A DNA stretch of 48,548 bases from a virus (Duplodnaviria; Caudoviricetes), in the IMG/VR virus record IMGVR_UViG_3300037762_000204, positions 1-48,548 of that record. One strand, 5' to 3'. Under the pieces are notes generated by a model. That model made no database searches and was not told the origin of the DNA. It saw nothing but the letters and a program-made list of their open reading frames with translations. Below, one piece after another: positions 17,859 through 27,245 of the stretch (position 1 is the first letter of the stretch; every line of letters starts with the position of its first letter). Made by a program: the position numbers and the translations under genes.

Positions 17859-18059
17859 CTACTTCGAGCCGGTGCCCGGGAGGCAGGCAGGCGGCTTAAA
17901 GCCAGGCCAGGGCAGCTGCCCAGACCCGGCGTGCTGACCCGGAGCACACACCTTGGCCGGGCCCGAGCCGCCCGGACCAGGGTCCGCCGACGCCACACCA
18001 GCAGTGCCCGCCACCGCCATCACCGCGAGCCCGAGCACCGCGAACATCTTCTTCACCAT
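17859..18059 (-). CDS. Small secreted peptide (Sec signal plus 41-aa mature part with two Cys)
   Basis: MVKKMFAVLGLAVMAVAGTAGVASA|DPGPGG...; purine-rich RBS. Confidence 0.7.
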   Translation of the reverse strand: MVKKMFAVLGLAVMAVAGTAGVASADPGPGGSGPAKVCAPGQHAGSGQLPWPGFKPPACLPGTGSK

Positions 18060-18092
18060 CAGCTTCCTCTTCCTTCTCGACTACCCCGGGCG

Positions 18093-18317
18093 TCAGCCCA
18101 GGAGCAGATGGCCGGGCAGCCACGTCAGGATGCCCAGCAGCACGCCCACGACGGCGAGGAGCACGACCGGGTGCCGCTTCGCCCACGGCCGCAGCCACTC
18201 GCTGTACGTATCGCCGCGCCGCCGCGACAGCAGCGCCCGCACCTCCAGTACCACGCCCGCCCCGAGTAGCAGCACCAAACCCGCGGTCAGCCCAGCCCAC
18301 GCCACGTCAGTCCACAC
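18093..18317 (-). CDS. Two-TM membrane protein (lysis cassette)
   Basis: Two hydrophobic helices separated by RRRGDTYSEWLR. Confidence 0.65.
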   Translation of the reverse strand: MWTDVAWAGLTAGLVLLLGAGVVLEVRALLSRRRGDTYSEWLRPWAKRHPVVLLAVVGVLLGILTWLPGHLLLG

Positions 18318-18323
18318 CGCCGC

Positions 18324-18578
18324 TCACCCCCCGTCCGCGATCTGGTACAGGGCCAGGGCCAGGCCCGCCGCGCCCGTCAGCACGCCGATACTCGGCAGCG
18401 GCCAGCGGGCCCGCTCGAGCGCGGCCAGCCGCTGCTCCAGGTCGGAGATGTCCTTCTCCGTCTGCGACGTCCGCTGCAAAGCCAGATCCAGGCGCCCGTT
18501 GAGGCGGGTGAATCCGGTGTCGACCGCGCCCCGCAGCCGCTCCAGTTCCAGCGCAACCTGCGGCTCGGGCGGCGTCAC
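18324..18578 (-). CDS. Coiled-coil protein with a C-terminal TM (lysis accessory)
   Basis: LELERLRG...LEQRLAALERARWPLPSIGVL...; GTGA coupling. Confidence 0.7.
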   Translation of the reverse strand: MTPPEPQVALELERLRGAVDTGFTRLNGRLDLALQRTSQTEKDISDLEQRLAALERARWPLPSIGVLTGAAGLALALYQIADGG

Positions 18579-18799
18579 GGCCGGCCCCTCGGCAGCCACG
18601 CGGCTGACGACCGGTCGCCGATCAGCGTGCCCGCCGCGCCCTTCACCACCGTCACCGCGGCCGGGAGCGCGGCCACCGCCGCGGCCTGCCACGCCGACAG
18701 GCTGGTGAGGTCGACGCCGCCGGCGAGGAGCAGGCCGACGAACGCTGCGGCGTAGGTGGCCAGGGTCCGCTCGGCGAGGTCAGCGAGGTAGGTGCGCAT
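18575..18799 (-). CDS. Holin (r1t-like)
   Basis: DLAERTLATYAAAF...AAVTVVKG; follows the endolysin. Confidence 0.75.
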   Translation of the reverse strand: MRTYLADLAERTLATYAAAFVGLLLAGGVDLTSLSAWQAAAVAALPAAVTVVKGAAGTLIGDRSSAAWLPRGRP

Positions 18800-19560
18800 C
18801 AGGGTCCGATCTTCTTGCGGAGGGCGGCGATCTGCGTGCTGAGGACCACGCTGGCTTTCTCGACCGCGGTCAGCAGCTCCTTCACCGTCGGCCCCGCCGG
18901 GGCAGGGGCCGGAGCAGGGGCTGGCGCGGGCGGTGTGAGCGTCCAACCGGCGGCGTGCCTGAGCCGCTCCGCGACCCGGCGGCGCACATCGCCCATGCTG
19001 ATCCCCGGGCCGCGGGGGTCGATCTTCCCCGGCTGCCACTCCGCATGCCCGATGACCGAGGTGTCCCCGCCGGTGCCCCACTTGTGCGCGCGCAGTACCG
19101 CGGCCGATGCGCGGACGATCGCCTCCACCTGCACGGCAGGCCACGGGTCTTTGCCGTCTCCGAGGTTGACGCACTCGAAGCCGTAGAATCTGGCGTTTCC
19201 GTCCGTGTTGGCTTCGTTGTCCGCGGGCAGCGGGTCTTCGGCGATGACTGCGCGCAGTACGTCGTCGTCGCCCAGTCCGGCGTGGTTGGTGCGGCCGTAG
19301 CCGACCAGGTGCACCGTGCCGGTCTTGTCGATGACGCCGTGGCACAGCGGGCCGGGCAGGCTGGTGTAGCCGTCGCGGCAGATCCGCACGCTGGTGGCGG
19401 TGCCGGTGGTGACGGTGTGGTGGATCATCACGCCGTGGACCGGGCCCCACGCGCCCTTGTGGTTGCGGTTGTGGGTGCGCCAGTCGCCGACCTCGACGAC
19501 CCGCACCCCCTCGGCCCTGAGCGCGGCGAGGAACGTTGATGCTGTGAGCGGAGTGGCCAC
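18799..19560 (-). CDS. Endolysin, N-acetylmuramoyl-L-alanine amidase (Amidase_2)
   Basis: IHHT, PGPLCH, NHAG, GFECVN, IGHAEW and KIDP motifs. Confidence 0.9.
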   Translation of the reverse strand: MATPLTASTFLAALRAEGVRVVEVGDWRTHNRNHKGAWGPVHGVMIHHTVTTGTATSVRICRDGYTSLPGPLCHGVIDKTGTVHLVGYGRTNHAGLGDDDVLRAVIAEDPLPADNEANTDGNARFYGFECVNLGDGKDPWPAVQVEAIVRASAAVLRAHKWGTGGDTSVIGHAEWQPGKIDPRGPGISMGDVRRRVAERLRHAAGWTLTPPAPAPAPAPAPAGPTVKELLTAVEKASVVLSTQIAALRKKIGP

Positions 19561-19623
19561 GGCGGTTCTCCTTCGGGCAGCAGGAAACCCCGGGCCAAGA
19601 GCGGCACCGGGGCAAGGGCGGGG

Positions 19624-20145
19624 TCAGGCAGGGGCGACGTAGTAGACCGCGATGTAAGGGCGCACCGATCCGGTTGCCGTATTCAGAGCACCGCCCGTGT
19701 CCTGGAAAGGCGCCAGCTCGACATAGTCCGTCGAGCCGTTGAATTCAAATGGGACACTCCGCGCCTCAGCGGTGAGAGCCGCCGAGGCAAACGCGGTCGT
19801 CGCGTGCGGTCTCGCTCCCGACGCATCCGGCAGAGACCCGTTTGTGAGCCACCCGACGCCGCGGACTACCCCAGCCGTCGAGGACGCGAAGCTGCCTGCA
19901 CCGGTGCACATGTACCAGCCCGCGACCGGAGGCGTGTACCGGGTCGGATCACCGGACGACCACCCGGTGAGGTCATCGTAGTTGATGGTCTCCCACGACA
20001 GCGCGTTAGCCGTCGTGGCTACGGTGCTCGTAGCGATCGACTGCGCCGTATCCCGCGTAGCGCGGAACACGAGCTGCCCGACCTGGAACGCTGTGTTCAG
20101 CGTTCCCGCTGTCAGCGTCTGCCCGGCAGATATGTACGTGACCAT
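19624..20145 (-). CDS. Minor tail / tail-tip protein
   Basis: AGQTLTAGTLN...PTRYTPPVAGWY...FNGSTDYVEL; last gene of the tail operon. Confidence 0.7.
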   Translation of the reverse strand: MVTYISAGQTLTAGTLNTAFQVGQLVFRATRDTAQSIATSTVATTANALSWETINYDDLTGWSSGDPTRYTPPVAGWYMCTGAGSFASSTAGVVRGVGWLTNGSLPDASGARPHATTAFASAALTAEARSVPFEFNGSTDYVELAPFQDTGGALNTATGSVRPYIAVYYVAPA

Positions 20146-20156
20146 TCAACCTCCGC

Positions 20157-22955
20157 CTAAAGTGCCGCGACAACAGGGTAAGCAAGCCGCACATCCGCGC
20201 CCGCGCTATGGGTCTTGACGACCCCGTTCACGGAGCGGGTGACGGTGAAGACCTGCGGGGTCAGCAACTGGAAGTTGTCCCAGCTGACCACGGGGTTGAC
20301 GTTCGTGTTGGCCCCGTCAAGGCGTGAGCGGCATCCCACCGAACCGGCAGCCGCCAACGAGGCGTCGATGATATTGAGCTGCCAAGGTGGTTCGGCGTCC
20401 GTCGTCGCCCAAGCTTTCGCGCGGAGCGCCGAGCCAATCCCCTGGAAGCGTATCCGGTAAAAAGTTGCGGCCACGTGAGTCAGGCTGGTCGTGAAAGAAT
20501 CTAGGACCGCTCCGGCGCCGCCGACCACTTCGACGATCTGCAGCGTGATCACCTGGCTGGTGGCAAAAGACAGCCGGGCCTGGTAAAGATTATTCGCGCT
20601 GGTGAAACGCCCCATGGGGCCAGCCTCGATCGGCCCGCCGGTAGCCAGCTGATCTGTCGCCACGTCCACGTAGATATCGAAATCGGCGTGCGGGGCGGTG
20701 ATCGCGCTGAAATGCGGGTTAGCAACCGAGGTCAGCGTATGTGTACCAGCGCTGCCAGTGACGTCGAAATTTGCCGCCGCGCCACCACTGTTCGTCCAGG
20801 AGCCGCCGACATCAGCATCCCCCCAGCCGTCGGACACTGACCGGCCGAACGCATCCTCCACAGAACCGGTGATCGCGGTCGCTGTCATCACCTCGCCCCC
20901 GACGCGGACATCGAACGGGACCTCTGCTGCGTCCGTCGTCCACAGCGGGCCGTCCGTCACCGTCACGCTCAGCGAGGTGGCCGTGCTCGTCACCCCGTCC
21001 GCGAGCTCGCTGCCGTCCGTGTCCGCACGCCCATACGTCGCGTCGCCCTCGACGGCGACATGCCACGGCGACTCCGGCGTGCAGTTGAGGGTGATGATGT
21101 GCTCGAATTTGTCGATCTGCTCGGACCAGCCGATCACCACCTGGGTGGCGTCGTCGGGCGGTAGCCAGGCGGGCAGCCCAGTTATGGTCACCCGGTCACC
21201 GGGGCGCAGCCCGAGCGTGTCGATCCGCAGCGTCGTCGACTCCGTGACCACCTGGCGGCCTAGGTGCACGGTGATCTGCGGGTAGCGGGCCTCATCCACC
21301 GTGCCCTGGTGCAGCCGCCACCCGGCCTGGTCCTGCAGCACAGCGTCCGTCTCCAGGCTGAGGGTGGTCTCCTCGGTGTAGCGGCCGACGCCATTCGGTG
21401 GTGGCAGCACCGACAGTGCACCGGTGGTCAGCTCCGCCCGCGCGGACGACCCGCCGACACGGGTCACGGTGACGTCATTCCGGGTCGTCAGATCGTCGTC
21501 TACGGGCAGCAGCTCACCGAAAAGATGCCCTGCCGCGTAGTCGAGTGCGAGCCCCGCATCCTGGTTGTACAGGCTGGTGCGGGCCCGGTAGCCCAGCCCC
21601 AGCGCTGACACCGTCTCATACAGGGGCCCGAGGTCAGCTGCTGCCGCCTCCCGGACCAGATCCAGCAGCGTCGCCACACCCTGCGTGCCCATGGCCGCCG
21701 TGTCATCGAGGTCGCCGATCGACTGGAAGACGAGGCCCTCCTCGCCGCACAGCCGCTCGATGCGCCTGCCTGCGGTCTCCCCGTCGTACGCCCTCAGCTC
21801 ATCAGACAGGTCTGTGATGTCTGTGATCCCGGCGTGTACAGATATGTGGCCGACCGTGACATCGTCCATACCACCATCGGGGTTGATCTCTACCCGGGTG
21901 ACGTGCCCGGGCGAGTACCCGGCCACCGAACCGGTGTACGTCACCCCGACACCAGTAGTGGCGTCCGTCGACCCCCACGTCCAGCTCGTGAAAATCACGT
22001 TCGCGATCAGGGACTGGATCGTCATCCTGCGCAGGCTGCCGTCCCAGCCGCCGACACCATCGGACACGATCTCGGTGCCGTCCGGGTCATAGATCTTGAG
22101 AGTCAGCGTCCCGGCCGCCGCCGTGGTGTACACCAGCTCCCACCGCCGGGCAGTACCGGTCATCGTGACCCGGCACACGACCGTCCCGGTCGTCGTCCCC
22201 GCGGCCGGGATCCGCAGCAGGAAGCGGACCTGGTTACCCCCGGCGACAGCGCTGGTGTACGTCGGCACCGCGCCCGACCATGTGCTGCTGGCCAGCAGCG
22301 GCAGCGGCTTGGAGCACACGAAATCTTCGGACGTCGCGAGTGTCGGCGTGCCGTCCACTGCCATCGGCTGCCCGCCGTCCAGGCCGGACGCGAGGACCGT
22401 CGCCCCGGCTGCGTCCTCACACGGCCAGTACGCCACCGGCGGATTGTCGGTGAGGGTCACCAGCCCCCGGTACAGGGTGCTGCTCAGCGGCGAATTGCCC
22501 TGCGACAGGCGCCGTAGGACACCGCGACCCTCGATCTCCACCCACACGTCATTGCCGCTGGTATCCCAGCGGGGAGGCCACGCCGTGACCTCACCCCAGA
22601 ACCTGTAGCTCTTCGCCAACCCCGACTGCACGCTCACCCGCACCGGCGTGTTCCGGCCGATCAGCCCGTAGTAGGGCGACGTCGGATTCCTCGGCGAGAA
22701 CTTTCCGTCCCTGTTGTTGAGGGTCAGGCGGCACGTCGACCGGTCCACCTGCGCGGCCTCATCCGACTGCCCCCGCGTGATCGTCACCTTGGCCCGCTCA
22801 TACACCAGGCTGGTGATATCCACCCAGGTGCCGCCCACATACAGCTCCACGGTGAGCGTCCCGGTGGGCTGCTCACCAGACGCAGGCCACGGCCCCGGCA
22901 GGCCGGACATACGCCGCTGCCACCCGGCGATCAGCGGAGCGATACTCCCAGACAC
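20157..22955 (-). CDS. Large minor tail protein (distal tail/hub with lectin-like domains)
   Basis: WVDIT...ITRG...LTLNNRDGKFSPRNP, PVAYWPCED (LamG-like), 932 aa, downstream of the tape measure. Confidence 0.8.
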   Translation of the reverse strand: MSGSIAPLIAGWQRRMSGLPGPWPASGEQPTGTLTVELYVGGTWVDITSLVYERAKVTITRGQSDEAAQVDRSTCRLTLNNRDGKFSPRNPTSPYYGLIGRNTPVRVSVQSGLAKSYRFWGEVTAWPPRWDTSGNDVWVEIEGRGVLRRLSQGNSPLSSTLYRGLVTLTDNPPVAYWPCEDAAGATVLASGLDGGQPMAVDGTPTLATSEDFVCSKPLPLLASSTWSGAVPTYTSAVAGGNQVRFLLRIPAAGTTTGTVVCRVTMTGTARRWELVYTTAAAGTLTLKIYDPDGTEIVSDGVGGWDGSLRRMTIQSLIANVIFTSWTWGSTDATTGVGVTYTGSVAGYSPGHVTRVEINPDGGMDDVTVGHISVHAGITDITDLSDELRAYDGETAGRRIERLCGEEGLVFQSIGDLDDTAAMGTQGVATLLDLVREAAAADLGPLYETVSALGLGYRARTSLYNQDAGLALDYAAGHLFGELLPVDDDLTTRNDVTVTRVGGSSARAELTTGALSVLPPPNGVGRYTEETTLSLETDAVLQDQAGWRLHQGTVDEARYPQITVHLGRQVVTESTTLRIDTLGLRPGDRVTITGLPAWLPPDDATQVVIGWSEQIDKFEHIITLNCTPESPWHVAVEGDATYGRADTDGSELADGVTSTATSLSVTVTDGPLWTTDAAEVPFDVRVGGEVMTATAITGSVEDAFGRSVSDGWGDADVGGSWTNSGGAAANFDVTGSAGTHTLTSVANPHFSAITAPHADFDIYVDVATDQLATGGPIEAGPMGRFTSANNLYQARLSFATSQVITLQIVEVVGGAGAVLDSFTTSLTHVAATFYRIRFQGIGSALRAKAWATTDAEPPWQLNIIDASLAAAGSVGCRSRLDGANTNVNPVVSWDNFQLLTPQVFTVTRSVNGVVKTHSAGADVRLAYPVVAAL

Positions 22956-22964
22956 GACCGGACC

Positions 22965-23480
22965 TCATTCGTCGAAGCACACGAAGCAGCGGAGATCGAC
23001 AGCAGTCGTCGGCGTCGTCGCCCGCACCCGCAGGAATTTCGAGACCGCCACGATCGGCCGCTCATCCGGCATGAACTGATACGTCCAGGTCAGTGGCGAA
23101 TCGCCCGCAGTCGAGTCCAGAGACACCGCGCCGAAAGTGCGGGTGGCGGTCGGGGTGCCCTCCCCCGACGACGTATACCCGGTCGCGGTGGTGCCGAGAG
23201 TCAGCAGGCTCGCGGGAGCGTTCGGGTCCAGCGGCTGAACCCCGGATGCGACGTGCGCGGTGACCGTGGCCGCCACGTCCGTTTCGATGAGCTCGATCAC
23301 GCCGTCGGCTCCCGGCGGGTCATCGCAGCTGAAACCCCAGCTGATGATCTGTATCTGCCGTGTGGACGGCGTGGCGATCTGCAGCATCGTCTTGATGGCC
23401 GTGCCGGTAGACACCGCCGCTTGCGCGGCAGTGGTAGCCATAGCCGAATTCCATACGCGGTAGCGATGCACAATTACCAT
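22965..23480 (-). CDS. Virion structural protein
   Basis: Thr/Ala-rich beta protein in the tail operon; the start may be the GTG at 23471. Confidence 0.65.
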   Translation of the reverse strand: MVIVHRYRVWNSAMATTAAQAAVSTGTAIKTMLQIATPSTRQIQIISWGFSCDDPPGADGVIELIETDVAATVTAHVASGVQPLDPNAPASLLTLGTTATGYTSSGEGTPTATRTFGAVSLDSTAGDSPLTWTYQFMPDERPIVAVSKFLRVRATTPTTAVDLRCFVCFDE

Positions 23481-23487
23481 CCATCGA

Positions 23488-23523
23488 TTGAGGTCCTTCC
23501 CCGGCCTTCAGGCGGGGGTATCC
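23488..23523. mobile_element. IS200/IS605 end-like hairpin remnant
   Basis: Minus strand reads GGATACCCCCGCCTGAAGGCCGGGGAAGGACCTCAA; no transposase nearby. Confidence 0.4.
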
Positions 23524-23544
23524 ACCGGGCGCAGCAGCGTGCGA

Positions 23545-26160
23545 TCAGGTGCCCAGCGCGGCGATGCCACCGCGGTCCCGGACCTCGCCACGCAGCGGGT
23601 CGAAGATCTGCCGGGCGATGGTCCGACCATCCAAATTGATGACGAGCTCAACCAGCCGACTACCACCGCCGCCGCCGCCGCCGCCCATCAGGCGGCGCGA
23701 GTCCCCCGCAGACCGCACCCGCGACCCGAACGGCAACTGGACCAGCTCCGGGCCCTGCTCACCCACCCACGCCATACCGCCCCGGGCACCACCCGACGCG
23801 GCGCCCGTGATGCCCCCATGAGCGAACCCACGCAGCCCGCCAACAACCCCACCCGACGCGAAAAACCCGGACGCCACCTGCGCCGCACCACTGCCGGTCG
23901 CACGGAAGCGGACGTTCACGTTCACCGTCCTACCCACCACCGAATTGATCGCACTCTGCGCCTGGCGCACACCACGCAGCGCGCCACCAATGCCCACGCC
24001 CAGCTTCGCGGTGCCCTTCCGCCGGGAGAAGTCCCGCAGGCGCTGATTGCCGCGTCTCACACCTTCCAGCACACCGCCGATACCCGCACCCAGCCCGGCC
24101 GTGCCCTTCCGCCGGGAGAAGTCCCGCAGCTCTTCCCGGCCGCGCTTTGTTCCTTTCAGCACATCGCCGATGGCCGCCCCCAGCCCGGCCACGCCCTTCT
24201 TCTTGGAGAAGTTCTGCAGCTCCCCGCGGCCACGCTTCACCCCGCCCAGCACCCCGCCGATACTCGCACCCAGCGCGGCCGTGCCCTTCTTCTTCGAGAA
24301 GTCCTTTAGGTGCAGTTTCGCCGCGGCGAGCTGTTTCTCAAGCTGCTTCTTCTCCGCCTCGATGCGGATGCGCTCGGGCTTCGGCAGGTTCTTGTCCGAG
24401 AGCATGTCCTCGGCGTCAGCGATCTTCGCTTCGAGGTCGGAGATGTCGCCCTTGAGCCGCATTTCCTGCGGCATGTTGTACACCGCGTCTTCCCAGCCCT
24501 CGATCTTCTCTATCGCCCCGTTGAACGCGCCGACGTTGGCGTCCTTCCAGCGGCCCACCGCCTCCTGCGCGCCCTCCAGCTTCTCGCCCACCCCAGGCAC
24601 CCACGAGAACGCCGCCGCACCCAGACCGAGGAGGCCCTCAGCGAACGTCAGGAAGGAGGTGGTGATGCCCTTCAAGACGCCGAGGGTGATCCGCGCGAAC
24701 GCCAGCACCGGCAGCGTCACCAACGACATCGACGTCGTCACAACCTCCCGGAACGTCTGGCTCTTCTTCCACGCCGTCACCAGGCCGAGCGCCAACAGCG
24801 CAAGCGCCGTAACCGCCAGGCCGATCGGGGTAGCGGACACCGCCCACATCGCGACCTTGACCGCCACCCACCCGGCCGCAATGGCCTGCAGCATGCCCGG
24901 CGACATCGACGCGATCAGACCCGCCACCGCCCCCGTCACCGGGGCCAGCGCATCCGCGAACCGGGCGGCCGTCTCGGCGATCCGCATCAGCGCCGTGCCG
25001 AGCGACTTCAGCGTCTCCCTGCCATCGGCGGCCTTCTCCAAGAAGCGGTCGAACCCGGCGCTGCCCTTCAACGCCTGAGCCCAGTCGGCGAACCGATCGG
25101 TCACATCCTTGATCGACTCGGACATGCGCCCGGCCTCCGGCAAGAACGCGTCGATGATCCCGCCCAGCCCGCGGCCCACATTCCGCACCGCCTGCAGCAG
25201 ATCCGGCAGCACCACCCCCGCCGTATCCGCGAGGCGCTTCACGAACCGGTCGAACCCGCCGCCGGCCACACCCTTCCCCAGCCCGTCAACGAAATCTCCG
25301 AACGCGGCAGACGCCGCCTTCACCAGCGGCGACAGGGAAGGCAGCATGTCCCGCAACACGCCGATGCCCTTGGTGAACACCGGCATCGTGGTAGCCGACA
25401 TCGCATCAGACCACTTGCCGTAGTCGGCTTTCAGCCCGAGGAACGCGCGCGCCGTATCCCGCGTCGCCGGTGGCAACTTGTCGAGCGCAGTCTTGTACGC
25501 CTTCTGCGCCTCGGCGGCTTTCTCCCCGCCCTCCGCCGCGGCCTCCTGCGCCTTCGTGTACAGGTCGGACACCTCAGCGACCCTCTTGAGCTGACCCCCC
25601 ACCGCCAGGCCGAATGCGCCCGCCGCCGCCCCAGCCGCCGCCATCATCGACGCGGTCGCCCCCACCGCCGCGGTGATCGGAGACCACAACGGTGCCAGCA
25701 GCACCGCCGCGGCTTTGAGGCCACCCAGGCCGCCACCGGCACGACCCGACGACACACTCAGGCTGCCCATGCTGCCGCGCAGACCACCCATGGTGCCGGT
25801 GAGGCGCCGCATACTCCCATCGAGGTCATCACTATCCGAGCGGAGCCTGCGGGTCTGATTGGACAGATCACCAAGACGCCCGTGAGCAGCCTGCGCACGG
25901 TCACCGAGAACCCGCAGCGACTGGTTCGTGCCGCCCGCCGAACCCCGCAGGTTGCGCATCGACTGGTTCAAGTCCCGCACCGCCGCATCGAGGCGCCGCA
26001 CCCCGACCGCCGCCATCCCAGACCGCGCGCCCAGCACATCAACAGCGCGGCCAGCATCCCGCGCCTCATCCCGCAGGTCGCGCATCGACCGGGCAACACC
26101 AGCAAGCCCGGCCCTCGTCTGGTTCGCGACCCTAACCGTGATCTCAATGTCATTGGCCAT
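23545..26160 (-). CDS. Tape measure protein
   Basis: MANDIEITVRV..., Ala/Gly-rich helical sequence, FASGG...VGEQGPELV C-terminus; AGGAGG RBS. Confidence 0.9.
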   Translation of the reverse strand: MANDIEITVRVANQTRAGLAGVARSMRDLRDEARDAGRAVDVLGARSGMAAVGVRRLDAAVRDLNQSMRNLRGSAGGTNQSLRVLGDRAQAAHGRLGDLSNQTRRLRSDSDDLDGSMRRLTGTMGGLRGSMGSLSVSSGRAGGGLGGLKAAAVLLAPLWSPITAAVGATASMMAAAGAAAGAFGLAVGGQLKRVAEVSDLYTKAQEAAAEGGEKAAEAQKAYKTALDKLPPATRDTARAFLGLKADYGKWSDAMSATTMPVFTKGIGVLRDMLPSLSPLVKAASAAFGDFVDGLGKGVAGGGFDRFVKRLADTAGVVLPDLLQAVRNVGRGLGGIIDAFLPEAGRMSESIKDVTDRFADWAQALKGSAGFDRFLEKAADGRETLKSLGTALMRIAETAARFADALAPVTGAVAGLIASMSPGMLQAIAAGWVAVKVAMWAVSATPIGLAVTALALLALGLVTAWKKSQTFREVVTTSMSLVTLPVLAFARITLGVLKGITTSFLTFAEGLLGLGAAAFSWVPGVGEKLEGAQEAVGRWKDANVGAFNGAIEKIEGWEDAVYNMPQEMRLKGDISDLEAKIADAEDMLSDKNLPKPERIRIEAEKKQLEKQLAAAKLHLKDFSKKKGTAALGASIGGVLGGVKRGRGELQNFSKKKGVAGLGAAIGDVLKGTKRGREELRDFSRRKGTAGLGAGIGGVLEGVRRGNQRLRDFSRRKGTAKLGVGIGGALRGVRQAQSAINSVVGRTVNVNVRFRATGSGAAQVASGFFASGGVVGGLRGFAHGGITGAASGGARGGMAWVGEQGPELVQLPFGSRVRSAGDSRRLMGGGGGGGGSRLVELVINLDGRTIARQIFDPLRGEVRDRGGIAALGT

Positions 26161-26383
26161 GGCCCGCCTCCTCCTGCTCCCGGGTGCCGAGGTGCTCGAT
26201 GGCCAGGAGGCGCAGCATCTCCGCGTCCTCATCGAGGACCTGGCTAGGCAGGCAGTGGAACCGCTCGCAGAGCCCCAGGATCAGGCGGGCACGGATGAGC
26301 TCTCCGGGCTCGACGACAGGGCGCCCATCGGAATCGACGCCTCCAGGGATAGATCGCCAGAGGGCGAGCCGCTCTCCAAAGGG
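26150..26383 (-). CDS. Tail assembly chaperone, frameshift extension (gpT-like)
   Basis: -1 frame entered at C CCT TTG (26377-26383); LCERFHCLPSQVLDED. Confidence 0.75.
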   Translation of the reverse strand, partial: PFGERLALWRSIPGGVDSDGRPVVEPGELIRARLILGLCERFHCLPSQVLDEDAEMLRLLAIEHLGTREQEEAGHGQ

Positions 26384-26709
26384 TCCGCGACACCGCCGAC
26401 CGCGCCGGTCCACGCGTTGATGATCGCCAGGTTGAATCCCGGGTCCTGATCGAGCAGCGCATCGAGGGTGGGGGCGATCGGGTCACCGTCCTCCGACTCG
26501 CCCACATTCCAGGACACGAATTTGCTGATCATCAACTCCAGGAGCTCGCGGAACTCGTTGCTCTCCGCATCCTCCGACGCGGTACTGGTCTTCTCCTGAG
26601 CCTCGATGAGCTGACGGGTACTGAGCCCGTACAGGGCGACCTTCATCCCGTCATAGTCGGTACCAGCGAAATCAAGCCGGTAAATCTTGCGGGGCGGTAC
26701 GTAGGCCAC
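26281..26709 (-). CDS. Tail assembly chaperone (gpG-like)
   Basis: Located between the tail tube and tape measure genes; AAGGAGGAG RBS. Confidence 0.8.
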   Translation of the reverse strand: MAYVPPRKIYRLDFAGTDYDGMKVALYGLSTRQLIEAQEKTSTASEDAESNEFRELLELMISKFVSWNVGESEDGDPIAPTLDALLDQDPGFNLAIINAWTGAVGGVADPLESGSPSGDLSLEASIPMGALSSSPESSSVPA

Positions 26710-26748
26710 GGTGTCACTCCTCCTTGCACGGGCAGATCGAGACTCGGC

Positions 26749-27171
26749 CTAGGACCATGTGGGAATCTCGCCGTTCGCGAGGACACCGGGCACACTGAAA
26801 GTCAGGGCCCCGTCATCGCCACGAGTGAGGGCGTAGTCGGTGAAATGCAAAGTCACAGCCGGGGTCGTACCGAGAGTCTGACCAGACACAGTGAGAGTGA
26901 TCTCCCGGGCCACAGACGTCGACGGCACCGTCTTGAAAACCGAGTGCGAGGACGCGTCACCGACATCATTGAAGACGCCATTCCCGGTGAAACTCATATC
27001 AGCCAGGAGCAACAGCCGCTCCATCGCCGACTTGTCCAGACCAGTCACATCCTGCACCGCACGAGGCGTGGAAAACTGAATATTGGTCAAGTCGTTGCGG
27101 ATATCCCGCAGGGTGCCGCCACTATCGTCTACGCTGAGTGCTGACCATCCGAGGCCGCTTTCCTTCGCAAT
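26749..27171 (-). CDS. Tail tube protein (short paralog), apparent ATT start
   Basis: The frame extends to ATT GCG AAG GAA AGC GGC CTC GGA (AKESGLG), with AAGGAGG 9 nt upstream and an in-frame TGA at 27199-27201. Confidence 0.7.
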   Translation of the reverse strand: MAKESGLGWSALSVDDSGGTLRDIRNDLTNIQFSTPRAVQDVTGLDKSAMERLLLLADMSFTGNGVFNDVGDASSHSVFKTVPSTSVAREITLTVSGQTLGTTPAVTLHFTDYALTRGDDGALTFSVPGVLANGEIPTWS

Positions 27172-27245
27172 GACTACTGCCCTCCTTCTTTGCGGCGCTC
27201 ACCAGCGTGAACACCGAATACCAGCCGAGTGCTAAGCTCTCAGGC

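Noticed and set aside
9504-22955. Diversity-generating retroelement or invertible tail locus
   Set aside because: No reverse transcriptase, no template/variable repeat pair and no inverted tail cassettes were seen; the only recombinase is a typical integrase.
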